Shown here: positions 34,201 through 47,000 of the stretch, piece by piece
Numbering within the stretch: position 1 is the first letter of the stretch
Layout: each line of letters begins with the position of its first letter
Assembly (NCBI GenBank): GCA_048013815.1
Contig: CM106585.1
Coordinates: 15,066,001 to 15,130,000, forward strand
Source of the DNA: Setoptus koraiensis
Taxonomy: Eukaryota; Animalia; Arthropoda
DNA length: 64,000 bases
Direction: 5' to 3'
Notes under the pieces: generated by a model
The model's input: only the letters and a program-made list of their open reading frames with translations
Database searches by the model: none
What the model was told of the DNA's origin: nothing
Translations under genes and position numbers: made by a program

Positions 34201-37200
34201 CGCCGACAACAGTTGTCCAATGAGGCGACTGGCCCGCACCGGTCGAGCCGACGCAGGCGACTGGCCCGGGCGAAGTGCCGCGCCGGGGTATTTCCGGTGG
34301 CAGTGGCTCGCGACGGCAAGCTGGCGCCCTGAATGCACCCTCGCTTTAGCCCGACGCATACGTGTGGGACAGATGGGATAGCTGGGTTATATGGGATAGG
34401 TGGGCATTGTGTGCGTGCTGCACCCGGCGAGCCAGTAATGAAATTAAATGCTCACTCAATGCTCAGCGCGGCAAAGGTGTCCTCTCTAATTGTTGTTGTT
34501 GTTGTTGTTGCTGCCGCTGCCGCAGGTAGAATAACATCAAATTTTAAACGGCAAACACCAACAGCGGCAGCACAGGTGACTGTTTGGTTGGGCGCGTCGG
34601 CGACGGCCAACGAGCGGCTACAAGCGTAATGGCAGCAACAATCGTAATAATAATGTTACAAGTTGCAGCAGATTATTATCTGTACAAACACACACACAGT
34701 AGTCAGACAAATTGTGTTTGAATTCGCACAATTATTAGCCAGTGGGCCAGTCGGCCGACTCGTGACTCATGACTCATGACCGGCGAATTCAGTATTTTGT
34801 ATACTGAATTTTGTACACTGAATGCTGCTGCTGCTGCGAATACTTGCGCAACAGCAAAGAATGGTGAATATACAAAAGTAGTGAATAGCGAACAGTGAAT
34901 AGTTAATAGTGACACAACAAGCGTTGGGCAAATTACACAATTTGATTAAAGGTTGCTGCTGCTGCCACTACTGCCACTACTGCCACTACTAACCTGTGTA
35001 GTGGTGTACCTATGTAATGTAGCTGCTGCGCCAAAGTAAATTACACAAATGATGACGACCACGACGGCCGCCATGACGATGATGACGGAGGTATGTTGAG
35101 ACGCGTCGGCCGTTCTCGCCAAAACGGCATCACAACACACCAGCGCCAGTGTGTGGCTAGCAATGGCTCAACGGCCTATCACACATATTTACGTAATATC
35201 ACACACACACACACACACAGTGATGGTACAAGTATCGCACAAGTATTGCGCAATTGCCAAATACGGTCAGTCAGTCGGTGGGCGCTCGCAATTGTGCCGG
35301 CCAGCGGCGCCCCCGTCGGCCGGATAGCTGGCCCTGGAACGGGCCCCTCGTTCGAGCGAGCCGAGCCGGAACGGACGAAGCCGAGCGAAAGTGATATGGC
35401 CCGTCGTTGCCGCGCACACAGTGTAATTTCTTGAAAATTTCTGCCCGTCTCCGTGTGCCCGCTCAAGGCCCCCCGACAGCACACTCGCTGGCCGCGCCGA
35501 GCCCGCCAAACTCGCCAATCCTACCCAACCTAGCTCGAGCTTGAGCCGGAGCCCCGGCCCGAGTTTGGCGCGGCCCGAGTTTGGCGCGGCCCGAGTTTGT
35601 ATGTTGCGCCGCGCGGTATATCGGTTGTGCGGCGCAAAGCTTTGTTGCTGCGGTTGTTGTTGCGGTTGTTGTCGCGGTTGTTGTCGTTGTTGTTGACGTT
35701 GCTGTTGTCGTTGTTGGTGTCGTTGTTGGTGTCGTTGTTGGTGTTGTTGTCGTTTTCGGCAGTCGCGTTGTCGAGCCGTCAATTCGCAAAAGAAATTGAT
35801 GCACACACACACACTCACGCGGTGCCAGTGCGACCGAGAGTGTTTTCATAAACTAGTTGTTGTTTTTGTCGGCCGCTCGGTCCAGTGGCGGGGCCGCCGT
35901 TGTGTTGTTTAGCAGCAATTGCGCTTGTTCCCACTTGTCGGGCCTGCCAACTGTGAGCCAGGCACAGTCATACACGAACCAGTTATGGGCTGGTAGCCAG
36001 CGAGGATTGCATAATCGTTGTTGGGCGCATTGTTGGGCGCGTTGTTGGCGCTGGCCCGACGCATCAGGAACAAGCGCTAATAATAAGGCCAGCAACGACA
36101 ACAACAGCGACAACAGCGACAACAGCGACAACTGAAACGGCGGTGCAGTTTTATTTTAGAGCTCGAGGCTGCCGACGCACACGCACCACGACTGGCGGCG
36201 AGACGCGGACGGCGGCGAGACGCGGACGGCGGCGAAGGCCGCTTGTTCCGATCGGCTGTCGCAGTTGCGTTGGCTGCTCGAGCTCGGGCTGGGCTCGGGC
36301 CGGGCGGATTGGCCGACCGAGTTGATTCGCCAATGTCTCGCTCTGTTTTGTTTATCTATTAACTAAATACACTGGCAGCGGCTTAGTGGGCGTCTTAGTC
36401 TTAGTCGTCGTTATGGCTTACAAGGGGCCAAGAGGTTGCAAGAAATAGCCATATAGTCACTTATTATGTAGCAGCCGTTGATATAATATGTGTGTGTGTG
36501 TGTACTGTTACACACATATTACATCACGGGCGACTTTAACAAGCTAGCGGATGCATGAGGAGCGTTTGTAGGATAAACGCAACAGCAACAGCAACAACGA
36601 TGGCAACGCCAACAGCGACGGGATAAAGCAAACCAAAAGTAAAACAATGCGCCACCTTTAATTGATGCCATTTAGCTGGCTGGCTGGCTGGCTGACTGGC
36701 TGGCTGGCTCACAGTGGCACAGTCGCAAAGTTGCATGTAGACCGAGGGGCATAGGGCAGCAGCACTAGAAATGCGCCAGAGCTTTATGTAAAATAGTGAG
36801 GCGTTTGTGGCAATCGCCGAGTTGGCTCGCCATTCAACTCTAATTACCTTGGCTACACGCACACACACACACACCGAGTGGAGCCAGTTGAGGCAACATC
36901 GTCTCATCTTATTAGGATTACTTTTAGACTTGATGGAAATCGACTCGCTTGAATTAAACAAAAACATGAGCGACGAATGAGAGCGCGCCAGCCAGCACAC
37001 GGCACCCATGCCAAGCCAGTTGGCCCCCCTTTGCCTCGCCATTGGTGCTATATGCTGTTGCGACGGGCTGTTATGTAACTGCTGTGGCATGCAACGCAGT
37101 CCATGGCGCACACACACACATCATCGCGCATATTATCAAATATATATAATGCAATATTCGCTATACGACTCGGCAACGGCAACGGCAACGGCGGCAGCAG

Positions 37201-37375
37201 CAGCAGGGCCGGCAATATACCAGCAGATACTAAAATACAAGACAACACACAACAACTGGCTCGCCGTGCCTAGATATGAATTTCGTCTAGCCATATCAAG
37301 ATACTGCCGAGAAGGCCCGCGGGCTCGCCCTCACAACAACTACTGGCACTCTAATTAAGTTTGTTGTTTTGATAC

Positions 37376-37514
37376 AGCGGCAACAACAACAGCAGCAACA
37401 GCAACGACAACAACAACAACAACGACAACAACAACAACAACGACAACAGCAGCAACGACAACAACAACAACAACAACAACGACAACAGCAGCAACGACAA
37501 CAACAACAACAACA
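37376..37514. repeat. Compound CAA/CAG/CGA trinucleotide repeat
   Basis: About 46 triplets. Produces the polyQ, polyC and polyV ORFs in the track. Confidence 0.93.
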
Positions 37515-38537
37515 GCGGACCTCAATGATCCACACTCAGTTGTGGCTGACGGCGTTGTGTCGTTGAGCGGCCAGTCGAAAGCGGACCCCAATGATAGCGG
37601 GCCCGGTTTGGCTTTTTGGCGCGCCAACATAGCGCATTCTGATTCGATTTATTATTTCAATTCCGGTGCGTTGTTTCGCCGCCAGGGGCGCGGTGAGCGC
37701 GTTACAATGCCCGACGAGCAGCTAGAGTGACTCGTTAAATGTTTATTTCTATTGATTTAATCGCGCATTCAAGCAGATCAATGGCGCTTGCACCATCATC
37801 GTCCTGCGTCTTGCGCAATGCAGCCGCGAGTGTCCTGCAGATAAGCCACAGATCAACTGCTAGTCGAGTGCAAGTTGACACACTGCGTATGAAGTTGAAT
37901 TGAGTGCGCCGCCCTGGCGGACGCATGACAAAGAGGCCACCGGAAGGGCACATTTGGAACAGAGTCACTAGTTGGCAACAACTGTCACTTGCTCCAATCC
38001 GGTGCCCATTATTCGCTGGCGCTCGTTATACGCTTGCCCGTTTAACCGTGGCCCCCTGTTTTGTTTGTCGTTATGTAATAATGTGACATGTGTGATAATT
38101 ATCACTTTGCTCGTTAGTTGCACGCGCGCGCGTCACTCGGTGTGACAGATGGAAAGTGGCCAAAGTGGGCCAAATTTAAATTTATATTTGTCAATCTATA
38201 TTTAACAACAAATTTGTTGTGTCTATTAGCGGCCTATTTGGGCGCCAATTAGACGCTTGCTTGCGCCTGGCCGCAACAAACACCCGCTGGCCACCGCTCT
38301 GTGACAGGGGGGCCTCGTTAACTGACTGTGTTTTGTCGTGTCAAAGTCACACAGTCAGTTGTGGCGAGAGCAAACGTTGAAAAATAAACGGCACGAATTG
38401 AATTGAGGCGAATTGAGGCGCTCAAATTGACATTGTGAGAGCGGGCGCACACAATTGAGACGACACGATGTGATTAAGACAGACCCGAATCACTACGGCG
38501 AGCGTGCAGCAGTGTCGGCCAACAACAACACCGCCGC

Positions 38538-38587
38538 CGTTGGTGTCCGTTGGTGTCCGTTGGTGTCTGTTGGTGTCCGTTGGTGTC
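38538..38587. repeat. 10-bp tandem repeat x5 (gttggtgtcc)
   Basis: Read directly; small variants in two units. Confidence 0.9.
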
Positions 38588-39631
38588 GGGCCGGCCCGCC
38601 GGCCGGCCGGGCAAACAGCGACTTTTTTATATCTCTTTATTTGCTCGCTGTGGGTGCCCGCTCGCTCGTATGTTGTGTGTGCAGTATCTGAGCTGGCCAT
38701 CAAATAGTAATGGACTGATTGTTATATAACTCACAAGTTGTGAGTCACAACACACAACAAGCTGCCAGTTGGGTGTTGCGCGCAACACGCGCCACAACGG
38801 TTACATAACGATAAAACCATTTCTATTTATAGGTGACTGGTTTATTTAAACTCTGTTTGTGCGGTGTCCGTCGCCAGCGGACAGGGCGCGGGCGACGCTG
38901 GCGCGGGCGACGCTGGCGGCGAGCTGGACGCAACACAATGAGGCCCGTTGTTGTTGTTGTCGGTGTTCATTAACGCGTAGCCTGTCGTCGTCCACTAATC
39001 AGTCAATGAGCAACGCTCACACCAACATAATACAGCGCAATACATAATACGCAATACATAATACATGATACCTAATGCGCGATACGTAATACGCGCCACG
39101 TAACACATTACGTAATACGCACACAGAGAATAAGTGGGCGAGAGAAAGGGGCCACTCCTTTGTAAACAGCAACTTATCGCGTACTCTTTGCTTTTTTCCT
39201 GCCCGCGCTGTCATGTGCTCCAGCGATCTAGTTAGTGTCGCCAAAGTGCACCTCGCTGGCAAGTATAACTCACTGACAATATTACGTAACCCAGCAGCAG
39301 CAGCGGCAGCGGCAGCAGTGACAGCAGTGGGCCCACGAGCCAGTTGGCTCACTTGTGTAACAGTGTGGTAACAGTGCGCCCGAACAGGTATATAGGGCGT
39401 GATAGGGTACGATTATTGTGCTGCACGCTCGCGTACCTGTGTACCCGTCGCCCAACAGCCACTAACACTAAGCGCTGGCTGACCGGCCAGAACAGGTGCC
39501 GTGTCAACTGGACATAGTGGCACTATGTTTAGTTCGGCCATCAAACGGTCTAACCAGATGAACAATCTCGCTCTGTTGGCGTTAGTGCCTCAGTTGGCTC
39601 AAGTGCCCGCCAGCCGGCCCAGCGCAAACAT

Positions 39632-39750
39632 GCGGCCCGATATGGCGGACAGCGGCCCGATATGGCGGACAGCGGCCCGATATGGCGGACAGCGGCGGAC
39701 AGCGGCGGAAAGCGGCGGACAAGAGCGGACAAGGGCGGACGGCGGCGCAA
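39632..39750. repeat. 20-bp tandem repeat x3 (gcggcccgatatggcggaca) decaying into 10-bp units
   Basis: Three exact units at 39632-39691, followed by gcggcggaca-like units. Confidence 0.9.
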
Positions 39751-42049
39751 GGCGGCGCATAATAGCCGCGCAAACAGCGCCACAGTACACACCGCCCGCC
39801 AGTTATAACTGTGTCATATGCGAGGCCGGCCCGCGGAATCACTGTCCATACTGTTTGTGTTGGCCGGCCGGCCGGGCCTCGCCTGGCAATAAGCGGCCAA
39901 AGTGCCGAGATGTATACAAGATAGATTGATTTGAATCGAATTGAGGCGCGCATTAAATTGAATGGGGCCCAGACGCGCTGGCGCGGCCAGCGGGAGCCAC
40001 AGTCCGCGGGCCAGCCTCTTCGGGGGCCCGCTCGTCGGGCCAGGCGGCCCGTCGCGTCACGTAAGAGCGGATAGGCCACTTCATTTCAATTTCTTTCTCT
40101 TTTACTGGCCCCTCTCTGCCACCGTTGCTGTAGTTGTGGCCGTTGTCGTTGTCGTTGTCGGCGTGGCCGCTCTTCACGCAATTCTTCACTTGTTTGCCTG
40201 CTCGCAATGCTCGGGCTCAAAAGTGTCGGGCCAACACAGTTTGCAAAGTTTGGCCCACTCGCGGGCACAACACGCAGCTAAACGGCTAAACCGTTATAAT
40301 ATAAAGTACACTGTTTTGTGTTGTTGGTGTGCACTAGTTTGCTGGCCGCTACTTACTGCTGGCCGCCGCCGCTAGTCGTCGCGCCACCAGATAAACGAGA
40401 GCGTCACACACGCACCAAATGAACTTATTATTATTGTGACGCAATAGAGTGACTTGCGCAATATCGAGTTGGTCATCGAGTGCGTTGAATCGTCGTCGTC
40501 GTCGTCGTCGTCGTGGTGCCGCGAGACGACGTTGAATCCATTAGTCAATGAGTGATTGTCGTTCATAACGCAACGCTGGATGCTGGCGCCGCCGCTGGGC
40601 CCGCTTAATTCAATATAAAACACAAGCGACAAGACGGGACGGCGCCCCCAGCAGCAAGCCTGGCCAGCCGAATATAACCGCCAAGCTCGCTAGATGGTGT
40701 GCGCGAAGCTGGCCGCCTTGCGTCCGAGTTGCTGGCAAGACGCGCGCGCGCCGAGCGACTGTCTGTGGGTGTGTGCGTGGCCTAGTTGGCCGCGACGACG
40801 ACGACGACGACGAGATGTCATTATTGTTTGTTACTTTATGCACTGGTGGCCGTTCTATTTTTAGCCCGCTGCCAATAACGGCGCCAGCGGAGGGGCCCCA
40901 GCGCATGACTGTCAGCGGGCTGGCCGCCAGTGCAGCGCCAGTCGCCAGTTGGGGTCAACACGGCAAGCTGGGGCCAATTCTCTTGGTAGTTGGATTGGTG
41001 GTGGCGCGATTCTTGTTTGAAATCGCAGCGCGATTCTTGTTTGGATTCGCAGCGAGGTTCGCAGTGAGATTCGCGACGAGATTCGCAGTCGAGTTCGCAG
41101 CGAGGTTCGCGGCGAGATGGCCAGTAAAGCGCCAAGCAGATATAACGGCGCATATAACAGTTATAAGCAGCAGCATTGATGTAAGCGATATCCGCCATTG
41201 CACCGCCTGGCCACATTGTGTTACACACACACACACACTTGCTGTATGCCGACAGAGTGCCCTATCGGCGGTGCGTCGAATTACATTCGGATACAGCGCA
41301 CACTGGATATAATTGATAGTGCACACTTGATTTGCGCCCACTACCACAAGTGCACAGTTGCAAACACATCTTGCCCCTCAACCGGCTCCCGCCGGCTCCC
41401 ACTGGCGCCCGTTGGCTTCGGCTTAGGGGCCCGCCTTGGCCCCTAAGCCGGCCCCAAATTAGCTAATGTGCAAGCAAGTGCGTGTGTGTTATGTAAGATG
41501 AGAGCCAGCTTAAGTCGGCATAAGCCAAGTATGTGTGTGTGTGTGTGACTGGCGAGTAAGTGGCTGGCCAAGCTTCATTATTGGGGCCCAGCGTTGGCAC
41601 GGGCGCCGGCTACTGCCAGCGCGGCTACTGCCACGGTCTATGGCGGGCACTGGCATGGCTGGCGCCCACCATAGAGCCGGGTTTCTATCAGTGGCGCTAC
41701 GGGCGCATTAGTGCCGGCTCGCCGTCAGGTTAGGCCGTGCCAGTGGGCAATATCATTAAACTAATTACGAGCGCAAGTAAATAATTAATTGAATGCAAAC
41801 GAATGCGGCCCCGGCGCGACAGCAGCGCCAGAGCACAGTCCGGTGGCAGGCCGGCCAAACGAAAGGTTGAGTCGCTTGTCAGGTTGTTCAGGCGATCGCT
41901 GGACGCAGTCGGTGTGTCAGCTATCGGCGCGAGCGGCTATTTATATCGGCGGGACACACTTGGTGACAAGTGACCATCCGATTATTTGGCCGTTAGATTT
42001 GGCCCGTTAGACTTGGCCCGTTAGATTTGGCGCCCGCATCGGGCCAGCG

Positions 42050-42082
42050 GACCGCTGATTCGGGTAGGCCGAATCAGCGGTC
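42050..42082. other. Perfect 14-bp inverted repeat with a 5-nt loop
   Basis: GACCGCTGATTCGG-gtagg-CCGAATCAGCGGTC. Confidence 0.6.
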
Positions 42083-44071
42083 TAGGCGAATACGCGCCAA
42101 CGGCATGACGGCCCACCAATTGAATGGGTGCAATAATCACAGCAAGCCGATCCATTACAGCGCGCGCTCAGTCGAGCTGAGGTGACCAAAGTCAAGCTGC
42201 CAGCCACAATGGCAATGACTGATAACTCTTTGTTTGCGCCACGCGTGCATACATACATACATTATAACGGTATAAACATAATAATAATGATGTATTGGCC
42301 ACTGGCAGGCGTAACAAGAGTAGAGCACACGAGCACTTGGCAGCGCAACAATCGATTTAGCTTCTTTCTTTATTCTTTGTTTCGCGCGGCGCTCAATGGG
42401 GCCGCATTATGTAAGCATTGGCAGCCGGCTCGTGGCGAGCTCGTGTTACGCAACGTGTGCGGCGACGGTGCAAAGTTGCACGAGTTTGCAGAGAGTTGCA
42501 CGAGTTGAATGAGTCGCGCGCCACCAATAAACTGCTGGCTCGAGCTTCTTCTTCTTCTTCTTTCATCGCCCCCTCGCCCCGGCCCCCCCCCACACAAACA
42601 ATGAGCGCTGTGATTGGAAATTATTGCCTCTTTGCATACTCACAAACAAGCTCGCCCACAATATGCAATAGATATATTGAGCGTGTCATGATTGCAGCAC
42701 ACGCATCTCGTCGGAGCTTGCGGGGGCGCCAATGAGATATAATAATAATAATAATAATGAGATGTAATAATAATGAGATGTAAGCAGCCAATGAGTGCAC
42801 CGATCGAGGTGCGCTATGGCTCTCGTGTCTTCGCGAGCAGCTTCACGTGCAGCTTCACGTGCAGCTTGCGCGGCGTGAGGGTGTGGAGGGTAGATGGCGC
42901 TTGTATCGCCGTATATCTGTTACACACATACAACACACATTCGCTTGTATACTGCGCAGCATGTTCGCTGCTATACATATTCGCTGTATATATTCGCTGT
43001 ATATATTCGCTGTATAACGGTATGCCGGCGCGCTGGTGCAAGCAATAGCTGGCCAATGGCTGAGCGGGGGAGGGGGCCGCAACAGCGGCGCCCATTAACA
43101 GGTCTAGACATGATTGGGCGCGGTGCGCATGCGCTTGGGTTGCGTTAAACGGTGGCGACCAATCACATCGCGCGAGCTGCGAGCTACACTAACAAGTAAG
43201 TTCGCTTACACTTTGGCAAGCCAGTGTGGACGCGCGCACAAAAATGGGTGCGCGCAGTGGTCAGAATGGTTGCACAACAACAGTTAGTTGCACAGTGACA
43301 ACAATGCCACAGTTGTTAACAATTGTGCTCGCTGTGCAACTGCAGCCTTGTAAAGTATAAGCGAAACTTGTAGCTCTCGTGGCCAACTCGCAAACCAATT
43401 TGTGCAACGCTCCAAGTGGCCAGCAAGCAAAATCGACACACAACAGTTGCGCCACTAGCGACACTAGCGGACGTTAAAGTGAAAGTGAGTAGTGAAAACA
43501 ACAGCAGCGGTTCGGTTTGGCTGCCGCCAACATGACACACACACACACACACAGATGACAGTGTTGCCGATGCCGTCCAGCAGACGTCGTCCAATTAAAC
43601 AAACCAATTGCAACATCAACACCGCGGACGCGACGAGATGGCACCAAGTGACAATGACGCAACAGCGCCAACAGCAGTGACAGCAGCAGCCAAATTGTGA
43701 TTCATTTGAGATGAATCGCAATAAGTTACGCAATGTTGAATGGTGAGCTTGCCACTTGGGTGCACATTAGGCGCGATGAGTATCGGCCACAATTGTGAGT
43801 CACTCTGTACCTTTGTCAGCTGCAACGTAATAGACACAGACGATGGCCGATTGGGGCGCCATCAGATGGAGCAACAACTAACGATTCTCAAACAAGTAAT
43901 CTCACGCACTTGATACTTTGAGTATAAATCATCATGAGAGTGATAACGGCATTACGGGGTAACGGGATAACAGGGTAATAGGATAATGGGATAATGGCAC
44001 AACGGCGTAAAGGGATAACGGGATAAAAAGTTGAGATACTAAATAAAGGGATAAAAAGTAAAGATACTCAC

Positions 44072-47000
44072 AGTCGAAATCGCTTCCGGTTTGCTTGTCG
44101 GAGGAGGCACATTCGTGATTGTTGCTGTCGCGATCTTTCAGCATCTTAAATAGTGAGTGAGCTGCCTTGCTAACGGTGAATTGATGATACGATTGCCTGT
44201 TGTTGGCCGCTTGTTGTTGTTGTTGCTGTTGCGCTATTGAAACACTTGCCGCTGATGATTGATTATAAACGCCAGGCGGCGCCGAGGTGCACTGCTGCAA
44301 GGGCGCTCTATCTATGCTACCGGCGAGTTGTTGTTGTTGTTGCTGTTTGTTGCTGCTTGTTCTGTCTGTCACCTGTCTGTCTCGTTGTTGTTTGGTGTCG
44401 CTGTTGTCTAATTGTTGATTGTTGTTGCTGTTTTTCGGGTTGCACTTTGCCGATGGGGCATCTATTTCATAATCAGCACCGCTGGCGATTGACTGATTGT
44501 TGACTCTTGTTTGATTGATTTCGCTCGTTTCATCATTTTTAAGCTCGCAAAAATCGTCCTCTTGTAAGCTATTGTTTGTCGCAATGGATGAGGCGCACGA
44601 CGGTCTAGTCAAGGTGACACTGGGAGTTGAGGCGAGCTTCTGGTGGCCACTGAAACCGGCGACGACCTTGCTGGGCGGCAGGATGATTGCGGTTTGTTGT
44701 TGTTGTGCTGCTGTCGATTCGAAAACACCGTCGGTCACTAGCGACTCCAACGAATGATGCGACAATGACAAACTGAGCTCGCTAGCGCCACTATCTAACG
44801 CAACCGGATACACGTAATTTGAAGTTGATGTAATGTCGTCGTTTATGGGCTCTTGCTGCTGCTGTTGGCTTGTTGTGTCGCCCACTAGTGGTGCGGGCCG
44901 ACTGCTGGTGTCGCTTGTTTTGTCTTTACTTGTTGTTGTTGTCGTCGTCGTCGATTGTTTGCTGCTGCTGCTGCCTTTGGAGGGATAGCTGAATAACAGC
45001 GACGACAAACGGGACACTTTTTTCACTAAACTGAATCGGCTGTTGGAGGCCGTCGGGCTGGCTGGCTGCTTGTGTTTGACCTGTTTGCTCTTGTCTTTTG
45101 ATTCGCAAACATTTTCGGCGCGTTCGTGTCGCTGTTGCTCGAGCTGCTGTTGATGCTGTTGCTGTTGTTCTTGTTCAAAATGATGCTGCTGTCGCTCGAA
45201 ATGATGCTGCTGTCGCTCCAACTGATGCTGTTGTTGCTCGATTTGATGTTGCTCGGCTCGATGCTGCTCGGTGTGATGTCGCTCAAAGTGATGTTGCGCA
45301 ATGTCGCCGCGGAGAGCAGCTCCCCCCTGCGAGAGCTGATAATCTGATTTATGATCGTCACTTGCGTCGGCCGACTCTCGTCGCGACGCCTCCTCGTTTG
45401 CGGGCCTGCCGTTTGCGGGCCTGCCGTTCGCGGGCCTGCCGTTCGCGGGCTCCCCGTTCGCGGGCTCCTCGTTCGCGGGCTCCCCGTTCGCGGGCTCTTG
45501 TTTCGCGGCCCCTGCCTGCGCTCGCCAGCCCGAGTCCCGATGCCGCTCGTCGGATTGTTGCTGCTCTGGCTGACGGAGCGCACTTACAACGACGACACTT
45601 GTATTATTTGTTGACTTGTTTATATGCTCCTCCGAGGATATATCATGTTCGTCTACTGTCACTGATTTGCTGCCTATGTCGCTGCCTATGCTCGCCTCGT
45701 CGCCAAAGTGAGCTGCCGGTGCCGCATTAGCGCTACTTATTGCGATCTTATCTGTTTGTTGTTGTCGTTGTTGTTGTTGCTGTTGTTTATCGTCGTTATC
45801 GCGTCTTGTTCGCCGTCTATCGCAACTGTCGGCGGCGCTAGTGCCCGAGCAGCTCTCGTTATTGTCGCCGCTGTCTGTTAAACATGCATTCAAATTAGAC
45901 GCTGATGATCTAATCCGAGTGCCGCTCTCAAAGTCACGAGCAGTTTGCTTAGACGAGTATGATGAGTATTTAATGTCAACGGAACACCGACCAGCTGTAT
46001 CTGTACTCTTGTGCGCCGGCAAATACTTGCAACATGATTTATTGCTCGCACTGTCTTGCCGTGGGCCCGTCGCTGTCGCCGCCGCCGCTGTCACTGTTGT
46101 CGCTGTTGTCGCTGTTGTCGCTGTTGTCGCTGGTGCTGTTGCCGCCTTGTTTGTGTCGAAAATTGCCCTGATTTGGCTAAAGTTCATCGATCTGTTGTGC
46201 ACGGCCGCCCCGCTGTTATCCGAGATGCTGCGCTGCGTAATTTTAACAGGTTTCTCCCTCTTGGCGTCGCCACTTGTCGCCCGATTGTCGTCTCTTCCGC
46301 TTTGCAAACAATCTCGCACTTTGTTTCTATCGTCGGCGTCGTCGGCGTCGTCGTCGTCGTCGTCGTCGTAGCTGCTCACTGAATCGACGCGCCGCCTGCC
46401 GGCCCCGCTTTGGCCAGCTCCCGTTTGGGCGACGCTCGCTGGCGGGCCCGTCAATGGCTGGCCTGATTGCGCAATCTCTACCCCATGACTGCCACCGCTA
46501 GCTGCTTGATTGCTGCCCGCCGCCGGCTCGCCCTGCTGATAACCGTGCCCGGCCGCGCCGTCAATTCCGCCTACCCCGTTGGCCCCGCCGTCAATTGCGG
46601 CCCCGTTGGCCCCACCGTCAAATCCGACGACCCCGCTGGCACCATCGATGCTGGCTGGCATCGCTGAGTTAGATTGCCAAGACGACGACACTGCATTGTT
46701 GTTGTCGCCAGTGTCGCCGGTTGCGCCGCCCGCCGCACTGAACCATATTCCGCTCGGGCCGGCCAACGCTCGCCGCTCTTGTTCGTGGCCCTGAATTGTA
46801 TTACCGTTAATTGATTCTCTGTTGCTCAACGAGCCCGGCTCGTGCTCGCCCGCGCCGCGCCCGCCGCTCGCCCGACTGAGCACTGGTCCGCACGCTGGGG
46901 TCCATTGCTTATTTATAAGTCGCTCATGATTGATGCAGTTGGCCGCCACTGGCTCGTGTCCCGCCGGGCCGCCCAATCCGCTGCTCACTGCAATGCCCTG

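Noticed and set aside
37735-37834. Possible terminal exon TLAAALRKTQDDDGASAIDLLECAIKSIEINI* (minus strand)
   Set aside because: No homology recognised, and joining it to the phase-1 giant-exon donor creates an immediate TGA. Kept only as an alternative outcome to test.
30000-43900. Dozens of 60-190-aa ORFs on both strands
   Set aside because: They are translations of microsatellites and short tandem repeats (polyQ/V/C/L, HT, VC), overlap in several frames, often start at GTG/TTG, and show no domain.
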